Source of the DNA: Azolla caroliniana
Taxonomy: Eukaryota; Plantae; Polypodiophyta
DNA length: 64,000 nucleotides
Reading direction: 5' to 3'
Assembly (NCBI GenBank): GCA_043228905.1
Contig: JBHGNT010000014.1
Coordinates: forward strand, 17,918,001-17,982,000
The notes under the pieces were generated by a model that searched no databases, was not told the DNA's origin, and worked only from the letters and a program-made list of their open reading frames with translations. Within the stretch, counting starts at the first letter, position 1. Each line of letters starts with the position of its first letter. Below are positions 36,453-48,980 of this stretch, in pieces. The translations under genes and the position numbers were made by a program.

Positions 36453-38571
36453 TTATGGCCCAACACTAATGGTTTTATATGTAGAAAACACAATGGAAAT
36501 AGTGTGATTGACTATGTGCTACTTTCCGAAGGTATTTTGGATCGTATACATAAATTCTCACTTGGTGAATGGACACTAGAATCTGATCATCGGCCTTTAT
36601 GTATTGATCTCAAATGTATGCATAGGTTTGATTGTGAGAAGGGTCTTGAAGATAATAAACAACCGCACTTGAGCATGAACCTTAAGCGAGCGCCCATGTA
36701 TTCCAAGATGGTTGAGGATATGTTACAAATTACAAAGATACAACATGGTGTTACACTAGAATGCAAATGGGAAGCTTTCAAGAAAGTCATTCTCTCCTGT
36801 ACAAACAAATGTTTTTCGACCAACCGCACATCTTGGAAATGCACCAAGAAACTTAGGAAAAATTGGTTTGATAAAGAATGTTCTGAAGCTCGAAAGTGCC
36901 TTATGGTTTTGGATGTAGTTAAGGATAAAGAGAATTACCAAAATCATTTGCATGAGTATAAAAGGCTTATTCAAAGAAAGAGAAGAATATGGGAAGTTAC
37001 TCAACAATTTATCCAAACACAAGAGAAAGCACATGCATGTGCTAAAATTTGGGGAAATCTAAAGGGGAAACATGTCGAGAGTTATGGTGACTTAACTCTT
37101 CACAACTTGTCTATGGATTGTAAGAATTTATATGAGTTATCTCTTGCCGGAAAGATGATGTGTCATGGTTCTCTTTCACATATGTCTCCCTTCTTTACAA
37201 TTGAAGATATATGCATAAGACTTAAGAAATTAGCCTCTCGGAAGGCAAGCGATCTTCAATGTATAAAGGCTGAAATGCTCAAAGTGACGGGAAAGGAAGC
37301 ACATGTATGGATAAACGATATGTTTAATGATGCATTGCAACATGGTATGTCATACGATTGGACTACAAATTGGATCAAACCTTTACATAAAGGTGGAGAT
37401 GTAAATAATGTAAACAACTATCGAACCATCATGGTTGGCTCATTAATATGCATTGATGAATTGGAAGAAATGGTTACCAAGTTTGCAAAGGAAGAATGTG
37501 TTGAAGAAGTTGCCATCGGGAATGTTGTGATTATGCTTTTGCTGTATGCAGATGATGTAGTGCTTTTTGCAAATACTTTAGGAGATGCACAAAAGCTTAT
37601 AAAGGCATCGGAAAAAATTTGCACGCATACTAAATTAAGTGCCAATAGCTCTAAAACAAAGATTATGCTGGTGAAGAGCCAAAAAAGAGATAAATCATGC
37701 ATTATGTACAACAATGAGCCACTTGAATATGTGGAAAGCTTCAAATATCTTGGCCTTGAAGTTCCTTCAAATCATAGATGGAATGAATGTGCTACACGCC
37801 GCTTAGAGGTGGGTAAGCAAGCATACTATGAATTTGAGAACACATGTAATCTTGGAGATATTAAGTGTTGGGTCCTTAAGAAATATCTTTTCGACACTTT
37901 GGTGACACCGATTCTTCTCTATGGGGTGGAAGTATAGGGCGGTAGCATCCCTAAATCTATGCGGAAAGAGTTTGAAAATGTCCAAAAATATTTTCTTACA
38001 AAGTTTTTACAAGTTAAGAAACAAACGCCCTACACCCTCCTCCTTGAGACGGGATCGCTTCCCATTGAGATCATGGCCATGGAAAGGGTTATGCTTAAGG
38101 TTCAAAAAAGTCCCTCACATCGACTTCCTAGAATTGCATGGGAAGCAAGCAAAAAGATCCAAAAGACGCATAAAAGCAATTTAAATTTTGTGTTCCGGTT
38201 GGATGCAAGACATAGAAAAATGGTTTGGTAGATGGGATGCGAGACACTTGCTTCATGATGCATCATTAGATTCCTCTGTAAATGAGGCCTTTTTGCAACG
38301 CCAATGTATCATGACATGGGACAAATGTGGAGGCTCACGCTACACACATTATGCTACACATGTTGCACATAACTACAAAACCATATTCTTTGTAGAACGG
38401 GGAAATCGTACACATCGATATATGTTAGGGCCCATACTTTTATCTGCCATTCAAACCATTGCTTCCATGCTACTTAGCTCACATGCATTGCGATGTGAGA
38501 CAGGGCGTTGGGGCACAAGTGATGAGAGTGGTTAGCTATACACACTTTGCCCTAAACAAGTTTGCAAGTCT

Positions 38572-41500
38572 TTTTAGGAAACAGGTCCCTCCGGATGGTG
38601 AAGACCTGGTGAGAACCGGATGAAGAGTACCCGGCTACGGAGAGCTGGATGGTGAAGACCCGGTGAGAACCGGATGAAGAGTACACGGCTTCGGAGAGCC
38701 GGATGGTGAAGACCAGGTGAGAACCGGATGAAGAGTACCCGGCTACAGAGAGCCGGATGGCACAGACCCGGTGAGAACAGGATGAGGAGTACCCGGCTAC
38801 GGAGAGCCGGATGATGCAGGCCCGGTGAAGAGTGCTCACCGGATGAATAGACATATTCATAAATATGTTTCTAAGAGTCCATCGTGGCTATATTTGGAAA
38901 TAGCTGAAAAGCCATATTAGTATAAATATGACTTAGGGCAAACTTATAGAATAGAAGTAGTTGTTGTCATTCTTGTTGGCGCTAGATTAGAGCGCAACAG
39001 TGTACAGAGAGAGTGAGAGAGAGGAAGAGGTCATTGCCTCTGTTGTAACCGCCGCTTGTGGCGAAGATAGCAAGCTCGAGGCTGTTGCCTCGGTGCTTCA
39101 CTATTGTACATTGTGATATAGTGATAGTTTGCAGTCTGTGGGCTGCCGTGGTTTTTCCCTAGTTTGGGTTTTCCACGTTAACATCCTGTGTTCTCTTCTT
39201 TTCTCTGTGTCGTGCTTTCATTTCCCGTTTTCTGTGTATGATTCTAAACTCGGTTGTGGCCGAGCGTTGCGCATAGGGAGCGTGTGTTCCTGTCAAAGTG
39301 GTATCAGAGCGAAACGACATAGAAAATGGACGATTCATTGGGCGGCATGTTCAAGCTCACCGGCTCCAACTATTCAGTGTGGAAGTCGAAGATGAGGGAC
39401 ATGCTCGTGGTTAAAGATCTTTGGTTGCCGGTCCAGTTCGGGGACAAGAGACCGGACAAAATCGACGCCACGATATGGGAGGTGATGCACATGAAGACAA
39501 CGGCGTACATACGGTGCTTCATCGACATGAGTCTATACAACAACTTCAATGAAGAGAGCAAGGCTCATGAGCTCTGGGAGAAGATCGGCATTATGTTTCA
39601 GAACAAAAATGTTGTTAACCAGGTTTCGGTATTCCGGAAGCTAGTAAGACTCCGGTACCAAGATGGCTCCAGCATGGCGGAGAACATGAATGCCTTCCAG
39701 GGGCTGATCCACCAGGCAACATCATTGGAAGTACCTCTTGCCGATGAGGTACTAGCACTACTCCTGCTCAGTTCCCTCCCAGATAGCTGGGAGACGTTGG
39801 TTGTCACCTTGGGCAACGCCGGGCCGGAAGGGAAACGGTTATCCCTAGCAAGAGTGAAGTCGAGCTTGCTAGATGAGGAGACGAGTCGGAAAGATAAGGA
39901 TACGAGCTCCGACTCCAAAGCGCTCCTTACCAAATCGGAATGCGGAAGACAAAGGAACCGTAGTCCCCAAAACCAAGAAAAGTCGGGGACACGGTCAAAG
40001 TCAATGGGGAGGCCTACTTGCTTCTATTGCGGCAAGTCGGGACACTTCCAGAAGAACTGTCAACATTTCTGAAAAGACAAGGAAATCGATGGTACTGATT
40101 CGAAGAGGACACCGGACCGGAACGTTAAAGACCGGAGGGGGCCGAACCGGAAGGGAACGACGACAATCGCGGCAAGTGAAGAAGAGTTGATGCTCATCAT
40201 CGAGGAGAGTGAGATAAACCTTGCCGGCGACGAGATGACCTGGGTGGTAGACTCTGGAGCGTCGTTCCACCTTACCCCGGACCGGAAATGCTTCTCATCC
40301 TACTCAGCCGGTGATCACAGCTGTGTCCGGATGGGGAATGAAGGTACATGCCGAATTGTCGGCATAGGAGACGTGTGGCTGACAACACCAACCGGATGCA
40401 AGATGCTGCTAAAGGATGTCCGACACGTTCCGGAGGTTCGTCTGAACCTGATATCAGCCGGTCGGCTAGATGATGAAGGCTACATGGGTAGCATCCGGAA
40501 TGGTGTTATGAAGTTCGGCAAAGGGAGCCTGATTGTGGCTCGGGCCCGAAAGGTAAACACGTTGTACTTGATGAATGCCCGGTTATGTCCGGAGGAAGTG
40601 AACTTTGCATCCGACATTGCCGTGAGTTGTGGCACAAGAGGCTGTGTCACATGAGCAAGAAGGGGATGAAGAGGCTTGCAGACGACAACCTCATTCTAGT
40701 GAAGAACGTGCACTTGGAGAAGTGCACTGATTGTCTGGCCGGTAAGGAAAACCGGACCTCCTTCCAACCAAGGTCACCGATGAGACGTAATGCACCACTG
40801 GAGTTGGTGCATACTGATGTGTGTCAAGTGGACACGAAGTCACATGCAGGATCGCAGTACTTCGTGACGTTCATAGATGACCACAGCCGGAAGCTGTGGG
40901 CCACACCGTTGAAGACGAAGGATCAGGTGCTATCCGTCTTCAAAGAGCTCCACGCGAGAGTGGAAAGAGAAACTGGCCGGAAGCTGAAGGTGGTTCGAGC
41001 AGATAACGGAGGTGAATACCGGGGGCAGTTTGAGGAGTACTGTCGCTCGAAGGGAATCCGGCTCGAATTTACCGTGCCGAAGACGCTGGAACTAAACGGG
41101 CTGGCCGAGAGGATGAATCAGACCATAATGGAGATGGTCCGGAGTATATGCTGGCACATGCAAAATTACCCAAGACGTTTTGGGCTGAGGCGCAGTCGAC
41201 AACGACGTATGTGATAAACAGATCACCCTCAGTACCCTTGGATGGAGACACACCACAGAGAGTCTGGACCGGTAAGGAAGTGTCCTACCGGCATCTTAAG
41301 GTATTCAGGTGTCTTGCGTACATGCATGTTGCTAAGGACCGGAGAGGAAAGTTAGATCCAAAGACCCGGCCATGCATATTCCTCGGTTACGGCGACGATG
41401 AGTTCGGCTACCGAGTGTGGGACCCGGTCGACAAGAAGGTATTCCGGAGTCGAGATATTATCTTCATGGAGGACAAGACGCTCGCCGACTGGGAGTCGGA

Positions 41501-43465
41501 GAAGAAGATAATGAACTCCGAGTCGACCGGTAAGGATCGATTCGACGATGAGCAGACCCAACCTACAAGAGATCGGTTAGCACTCGAGGAACCAACTGGT
41601 TACGGGGAGGATACCGAACAGGCTGAAGAAGAAGTAGAGGAAGCTGAAATCGGAACCGACCAAGACCCCGAATCGGATTCCGATGAAGAGCAAACTGAGG
41701 AGCCGGTTACCGAAGACCAAAGACGGAGATATCCTCTCAGAGAGAGAAGGCCCCCCTGGAGATTTCCGGATGCAGAGCATGTGCTGTTGACCGATGAGGG
41801 GGAGCCAAAAAGCTTCGAGGAAGCTAAAAGTCACGCCCATAGCCGCAAATGGTTAAGTGCCATGCAGGATGAGATGGATTCCCTGTATGAGAACCATACA
41901 TATGAATTGGTGGAGTTGCCGAAAGGAAAGAGGGCACTCCGAAACAAGTGGGTGTACAAGTTGAAACCGGGAGATGCCGGCAACCCCCCGAGATACAAAG
42001 CCAAGATCGTGGTCAAGGGGTTCTAGCAGAAGAAGGGTGTGGACTTCGACGAGATATTTGCCCTGGTAGTAAAGATAACCTCCATCCGGACAGTGCTGAG
42101 TATAGCGATAAGCATGGACCTCGAGTTAGAGCAGCTGGACATGAAGACGACATTCCTTCACGGTGACCTCGAAGAGGAGATCTACATGCAACAACCGGAA
42201 GGATTCGTGGAGAAAGGCAAGGAGCACTAGAATGCGGTCAAATGGATACTCCGGTACTTGAAGGGCACTTCGAACATGTGTCTCCGATTCGGCTCCGGTA
42301 AACCTCAAATTGACGGTTTTACTGATTCGGACATGTTGGCTGATGTGGATACCAGCCGGTCTACATCTGGGTATGTAATGACATATGCAAGGGGAGCTGT
42401 TTCGTGGCAGTCGAGGCTGCAGAAGACGGTTGCGTTGTCAACCACGGAGGCGGAGTACATGGCGGCTGTGGAAGCGGACAAGGAAATATTATGGATGAAG
42501 GACTTCATTGGAGAGCTCGGTATCAGGCAAGATGAATACCGGCTCTATTGCGACAGTCAAAGTGCCATCCACCTTGCTAAGAATGCGGCCTACCATTCCC
42601 GGACGAAGCATATCTAGCGAAGGTATCACTGGATCCGGGAAAGAGTAGATGACCAGGAGTTCGCGCTGACGAAGATCCACACGGCCGAGAACGGGTCAGA
42701 CATGCTGAACAAAGTACTGGTACCCGACAAGCTGGATGCATGCCGGAAGCGGATCGGTCTAGTAAGACATCCCATGCCGGAGTGAAGGGGGAGTTTGTTA
42801 GGAAACAGGTCCCTCCGGATGGTGAAGACCCAGTGAGAACCAAATGAATAGTACCCGGCTACGGAGAGCCGGATGGTGAAGACCCGGTGAGAACCGGATG
42901 AAGAGTACCTGGCTTCGAAGAGCCGGATGGTGAAGACCCGGTGAGAACCGGATGAAGAGTACCCGACCACGGAGAGCCGGATGATGCAGGCCCGGTGAGG
43001 AGTGCTCACCGGATGAAGAGACATATTCATAAATATGTTTCTAAGAGTCCATCGTGGCTATATTTGTAAATAGCTGAAAAACCATATTAGTATAAATATG
43101 ACTTAGGGCAAACTTATAGAATAGAAGTAGTTGTTGTCATTCTTGTTGGCGCTAGATTAGTGCGCAACAGTGTACAGAGAGAGTGAGAGAGAGGAAGAGG
43201 TCATTGCCTCTGTTGTAACCGCCGCCTGTGGCGAAGATAGCAAGCTCGAGGTTGTTGCCTCGGTGCTTCACTATTGTACATTGTGATATAGTGATAGTTT
43301 GCAGTCTGTGGGCTACCGTGGTTTTTCCCTAGTTTGGGTTTTCCACGTAAACATCCTATGTACTCTTCTCTTCACTGTGTCGTGCTTTCATTCCCTGTTT
43401 TTTGTGTATGATTCTAAGCTCAGTTGTGGCCGAGCGTTGCGCATAGGGAGCGTGTGTTCCTGTCA
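38572..43465 (+). mobile_element. Copia-2: degenerate Ty1/Copia LTR retrotransposon
   Basis: LTRs 38572-39295 (TG mutated to TT) and 42796-43465; TSD AGTCT (38567-38571 and 43466-43470); PBS TGGTATCAGAGC 39299-39310; PPT GAAGGGGGAG. Each LTR holds 54-bp tandem repeats. Confidence 0.95.
39326..42785 (+). pseudogene. Copia-2 gag-pol pseudogene
   Basis: [28 protein letters not shown] and RNase H motifs present. Stops at ~40070, 42024, 42228 and 42615, frameshifts at ~40620 and ~41147, and a deletion removing the RT YVDD core. Confidence 0.93.
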
Positions 43466-43754
43466 AGTCTGAGTATCACACTTTGATACAATGCTCTGCC
43501 TTTGATCATATTCGACCATGCTTTCCACATCTCTTCGACCAAGCCCAATCCTTGCATGAATTCCTCTCACAACCACAATGTGCACTCTCGATTGCAACAT
43601 TCATTGGTAAAGTTCTTGAACATCGAGAGTCACTATTCACTTTCACACGTATCACGTGAAATGTAATATTTTTGGTATCATAAGTCATATTTGACCTCTG
43701 AAGATGATACTATAATCTATCTATCTATCTATCTCTGTTTCTCTCTTATCGTAA

Positions 43755-44305
43755 AAGTCATTACACTACATCTTGGGTTCGAAACCCAATTTTCGTGTAC
43801 CATCTATCATCTCAATGCTAGAATGATTTTTCCAAGAAATAAGTCTTCTCTCTCTCCCTTTTTATCGTAATTAGCTTATCCTAGTGGTAAGTCGCTATCT
43901 GGGTTGTCTCTCTCCCTTTCTCTCTTTTCTTTTATCGTAATTAGTTTACCCTAGTGGTAAGTTGTTACACGAAACCCAATTTTCTCACCTCTGTATTACT
44001 CCATAGATATATCTTATTTCACTAGATGCCACTATGGAATGTAGCGGTTGAACCTATGACCTCTGGTCTCCATTGGACAACCTTACCAACTGAGCTATAT
44101 CCATCTAAGTAAGCTCTCTCTCTCACCCTACTAGTAAGTTGTTACACTACAAGTCACCATGCCTTGGGTTCGAAACCCAATTTTACTCATCTCTCTATTA
44201 TACACTCCATACATACCTCTTACTTCACTAAATGTCATTGTGGAATGTAGGGGTTGAACCCATGACCAATTGGTATCCATTGGCCAACCTTACCAACTGA
44301 GCTCT
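43755..44305. mobile_element. Cluster of tRNA-derived (SINE-like) heads in both orientations
   Basis: Minus strand: AGCTCAGTTGGTAAGG...GGTTCAACC (A/B-box-like) at ~44030-44097 and ~44240-44303. Plus strand: CTAGT(GGT)AAG...GGGTTCGAAACCC at ~43755-43790 and ~44127-44180. No intact cloverleaf. Confidence 0.55.
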
Positions 44306-44574
44306 CTCTCTCTCTCTCTCTCTCTGGTATGGCATGATGGTGAGTTGGCTTCTTGCCAACGGTCTAGACATTAATAACCTCCCCCCCCTTAAGTTCGACC
44401 ACACGACTGATAACACTTTAATCTCTCATGAGGACCGTAATAAAGTAATACGCCAAGAAATATGGCAAATTTATACTCGGTATAAATGGATCACCCCACT
44501 AGAGGCACTCCCATCTAAAATGTCGTACTATAAGGAACACTTTATGCACTTCTCTGAGTTAGGTTTTATCACGC

Positions 44575-47137
44575 TGTCGTCAAGAAAACCGTCCCTTAGC
44601 GCAATCGGTGCATAGCGCGCGTGAACCGGCTCTTCACGCGTGCGCGCCCTTTAATGTGTATAATAGAGAATTAGGTACAAGGGTATATCCTAGGTAGTTA
44701 GATTCGGTAGGTAGGAAGTTAATGAGGGAAACGGCTCCCTTCTTGAAGCTATAAAAGAGAGGGAGACGCGGGGGAGAGAAAAGGAATTTATTGAGGAGGA
44801 CGAAGTGCTGTCGGACGGAAACCGAACGCTTCTCCTCTGCTCGTTCTCCATCGCTCTTCTCTGCAGGTTTTCGGGAGGCTCGCGCTGCTTCGAGGAACGC
44901 CCATGTGCTTCCGGCAGCACCTCCATCCTATCCCCTTTCGTGCGCAGACGAGCAGGCATCGACATCTGTTCGCCGGCCTGTTCGGTTGTAACCGCTCGCG
45001 GGCTCTGTTGTTTATTTGTCATTCATTAATATACAAACATTCGTGTCTCCCTATCTCTGTGTCCATTCGTGTCTTCTGCGTTGACAGGGCCGTGTCCCTG
45101 TTGTTTCTTTGCTCATACGTAACCGAGCGTCTCTCTCTTTCTCTTTCCCCTTCTATCACCTGCTCTTTGGTTCAAGACCCCGGTGGTCCCGCCTTGTTTC
45201 TCCACGCACGCACGTAGTAACGCGACATCTTTGGTGAACCCGACGTGAACAAGGCGGTAGAGGAGCAGAAGATGAGGGGGTTGGATCTTGCAGAGGCCAT
45301 GGCTTCGGCCGTGGACCGGATAGTGAGCGCGCGCGAGGGCACCGGCGCCCTTGACAGGGCTATTGAGGCGATCGTCGGTACGATCGGCTGGTTCAGTGGA
45401 AAGGATGCCATGAGTTATTTGGCGTCCTACCTGGCGGAGATGTTGATGAGGGATATTCCGGAAGAGAGGCGTCTTGCCGGATTCCCTCGAATGGCGATGC
45501 TGGGCATTCACGCGGAGGTGCTCGAGGTCCGGGCGGAGAGCCGGACCTGGGAGGAGTTCGAAGGACGGCTCCTGGAGAAATACGGGTTGGATGACGCGCT
45601 TCGACTTTCGAAGCGGGGCTTCATGGAGTGGGTGGAGTTCCCCAACAAAGGAAGAAATGCGTCGGTACTCCTTCGGGAGTTTGAGGAACGCTTTGCGCGC
45701 CTTTCAGCGCTCGATCGGACCCTTCTGGACACAAGTCGTGTCCTACTGTTTGTCAAATCGGTTGACGCATGGGATCGGGAGCAAGTGGGCTCCTTACTGG
45801 AAACCAAAGACGGGCTGACAGCTGACTGGGCCGCGGTAAAAAGAGTCTACGGCCATTTTGACAAACGGTGGGAGTGGGCTGATACAGGGGCGACCGGGGC
45901 GGGTCCTGTCGCAGCAAGGAAGATCGAACCGATACCACAGGCACGAAGGGAAGAGACTTGGGAGTGGCTCGAAACCGGTTCGGCTTCGACCTACGTGGTC
46001 AGAGGTTCGTCCGGGGGAACAGCTTTGGAGGAGTTGACACGGGCGGTAAAGGATCTCCAGATCGCCCAGGCTTGGAGGGAAGGCGGTGAACAGGCTCGTG
46101 ACCGACGGCCTCCGGCAGGAAATAGGTGCATGTGGTGCGACGAGGTCGGCCACATCCGGAAAGACTGCGGGGACTTTGCGGAGGCTTTGAGAAGCCGGGT
46201 AGTGTACTTATGGGAAGGTCTGGTGCACGCCAGCGATACCTGGAGGGCCCTGAACCGAAACGACGGGCGAGGAGGAATGAAAAGGGTGATGGAAGAGGCG
46301 GCGGCCCGGCACGCGGAGACGGCCCACTACTCAGTGTCAGCCAGTATTCGAGTCGGAGGCAATGAGGCTCGGAAGGAGAGCAAAGCCGGGTTCTGGCTGA
46401 CGATGCTGGAAGGCCTCGCCAGTGCCCGACTAAGGAAAGACGAGGCGGACCGCTCGGAGAAGCGGGTCCAGGAGGTAACCGGGTGGAGTGACCCGGTCGG
46501 AGAAAAGACGGGTTTCGTCGAAGCAGCTTGCCAGAACTACGAGGCTCTGGTTGAAGACAAACGGTTAGGTAAAACCGGAGGGGCCGGACCCTCACAGAGA
46601 TACGAAACCCGATTCGGGCCGAAACGGAACGAGGCCGGTGAGACCAGTGCCCGGGATAACCACAAGAAGGGCGGATACCGGTTGGGCATGGAGATCGAAC
46701 GGACCATGGACCTACGAAAGGTCCTGGAAGAACGAATCCTCGACAGCAAGATGGAATTGTCGTTGCAGGAGGTGCTCGGAATCGCCAAGAAGGAGTTCCA
46801 CGACTCCATCGTAGACTTGGTGAAGAGGAAGAGGCTGTCGACGGAGACAGAACCGGAAAGGCCGGTGGAGGTGCGGATGACGCACATAGAGGACATGGCG
46901 CTGGAAGACGAGTGGGCAGAGAGCCACTATTCGAGGCCACACTGGGCCTGAGTGACCACGGAAACCCCGATGAAGATCGGAGATGTTCAGGAACCGGTGG
47001 TGGCACTAGTGGACCACGGTTCGGAAATAAACATGATGTCCATGGACCTCTACAAGAAGGGGAAATGGCCGGTCAACACCAAGCACGGGTGGAAGATACG
47101 GGCAGTGACGCGCGCCACCGAGGAACTACACGGGGTC
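44575..47137 (+). mobile_element. Truncated Ty3/Gypsy-type element: 5' LTR, PBS, gag and protease start
   Basis: LTR 44575-45227 with TGTCG..CGACA termini and a TATAAAAG box; PBS TGGTGAACCCGACGTGA 45232-45248 (complementary to the plant tRNA-Trp 3' end); gag ORF 45245-46951 with CMWCDEVGHIRKDC; protease-like ALVDHGSEIN in frame after a TGA. No RT present, so the superfamily is inferred. Confidence 0.8.
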
Positions 47138-48976
47138 TGTGTGTGGAAGCTGTTGTTGTTGATTCTCAGTCTCGTTTGGTGGTGGGTTGTTCCGAGGTGC
47201 ATTGGAGTTGCGTTGGTCATTTTGAGGAGCGTCCCGTCGGCGGTTATCATTAGGTTTGCTATTGTTGCGTGTGTTGCGGTTGCCGTTTCGCCGATCAATG
47301 CCTGAGTTCCGTCGGTCATACTGGTCATCACGATCGTCATCATATCGAGCATAATCGCCGTGCCGGTCATCGCGATAATGATCACGGCGGTCATCATGTC
47401 GATAGTCGTCGTCTCGGCGCCGTCGATCCGGGGATCGCGGTCGGTCGTTATCCTGGTCTCGGTAGACATATCACTCGTCCTGCCGAGAGTATGTATTTCG
47501 TGGCTCGATCTGGCGGACCGGTGCCGCCGTTGTGCGGTTCAGCATATTATATTCGCACTACTCGACCGTGTGAGCTCGAGACTGACAGATCGGACACTGT
47601 GGTCGGTGGGGACATTCGAGGGCCAGGTGCCCTGATCTTGAACACGCCGTGCATTGGAGGGCTTGGCGAAAGCGATTGTCCTCTTGGGGAAGAGCGTTTT
47701 GCAAGGATGTCATCGAGAAGGCCGCGCCGCGCTAGGTCCGATCGAGGGCGAGAACGCGTGCTATGACTTGTTCGATAGTATGGTTGGCGAAATTTGTAAG
47801 TGCGAGAGTCGTTCGGAGAGGTTCTCGTAAACTGGATAGGAAAGTGTCCGGTATATGTTGTGCCGAGACATCATCGGCCACTTGTCTGTAGAGATCCTGG
47901 AACCGGATCGTGAATTGCGCGACCGTTTCGTGCGGTTCCTGGCATATAGAGAAGAATTGCCGGAGCAGTTCCCGTTTAGGCACCTCGCGATGAAAAAGTT
48001 CAAGGAACTTTGTGCGCACGATTTGGAAAGTGGTGGCCTCTCCTATTTCGAGGCGAGAGTAGCATCGTGCGGCCGGTCCATCGAGGGAGAGTGTGAACTC
48101 GGCAATCTTTGAGGCATCGATTTCGGCTGGCGTGAGGCAGTGCGTTGAGTGGTTGGCCTGCCACGTGGATATGAAGGCACGGATGTGTGACTCCGCATCT
48201 GGTCCGTCGGTGTATCATGGGTATGGGTACGGCATGATGTTATACTCTGGGTCTTCTGGTAGCACCGGAAAAGGGTTTAGTTCCGGTTGATTGACCTCTG
48301 GAGGGCTCGACGGGGGTTTTGGTGGTGAATCAACTCGCGATCGAGTGTCCAGTGGCGAGGATTGCACTGGGGAAGCCTCCGATTGCTCGGGAAAGGATTG
48401 GTTAGTGACCGTCGAGTCGGAAGTTCCTTTGACTGGCTCAGGGCGTTGGGCGGGTGGCCGAGACCTCGTGGTGCGAGAGGGCGCCGTAACGGCGGCTGGT
48501 GGTTACCTTCAACGAAGTTCGCTATGCACTCACAGCTGTAACCGGGCGTGCCAAATTGTGTTACCCGTTCCTTTGGGTGAACACCTTCGATAGATCTGTG
48601 GCTATCGGTATTCAAGGGCCTGGTACGTGAAGGCTTGTAACAGAGGTGTCGAGAGAGAGACAGTGCTCAGAGAGAAAACACTAGCGAGGTCTTGATAGGC
48701 GTGGGCGGCGCTGAAATCATAGGTATGAATCAAAGCATAGACACATGGAACAACTGGGCACAATTCAGATATATTACCGTGACAGAAAAAGATTACAGAA
48801 CACGGCCTACGGCCGGTGACCTTACAAGATTATCTAGTTACGAGGGGTTCAGCTAGTGCTTCCGCCTATATTTTTCTTCTCTCTCTCCTCTGAGGTACTG
48901 GTCCTCGTTTAAATAACTTTTCCCCTAATACACAGCCGAGCCGTCGGTGGCCCGTGATACTCGGACTCGGCGTTTG
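47138..48976 (-). mobile_element. Truncated LTR-retrotransposon fragment (Gypsy-type gag with two zinc knuckles), opposite orientation
   Basis: Retrotrans-gag text KFLELF..Q..ETVAQFTIRFQDL; knuckles CTACSRSGHLALEC and CPICQSRAHTVE*C; minus-strand LTR end ..GGGTAACACA at 48557 followed by ATT-TGGCACGCCCGG (tRNA-Arg-like PBS, 48553-48541). Confidence 0.72.
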
Positions 48977-48980
48977 CTAA

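Larger units (their letters stand above)
36452..43740 (+). mobile_element. 5'-truncated, degenerate non-L1 (RTE/RTEX-like) LINE, interrupted by Copia-2
   Basis: APE C-terminus GNSVIDY..SDHRPL; RT NNYRTI and LLYADDVVL, FKYLG, with an internal RT deletion near 37443. The C-terminal motif TLCPKQVCK|SEYHTLIQC is rejoined in frame across the AGTCT TSD. Stop near 43659, then a (TATC)n tail at ~43717-43735. Confidence 0.82.

Noticed and set aside
44030-44303. Functional tRNA genes
   Set aside because: A/B-box-like motifs are present, but acceptor and anticodon stems could not be formed convincingly; kept as SINE-like.
44334-44574. 93-aa ORF possibly from another LINE C-terminus
   Set aside because: Too short and lacking diagnostic motifs to call.
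46949-46951. In-frame TGA between gag and protease as a programmed read-through site
   Set aside because: More simply a CGA>TGA deamination, as seen elsewhere in these TEs; a single copy gives no evidence of conservation.
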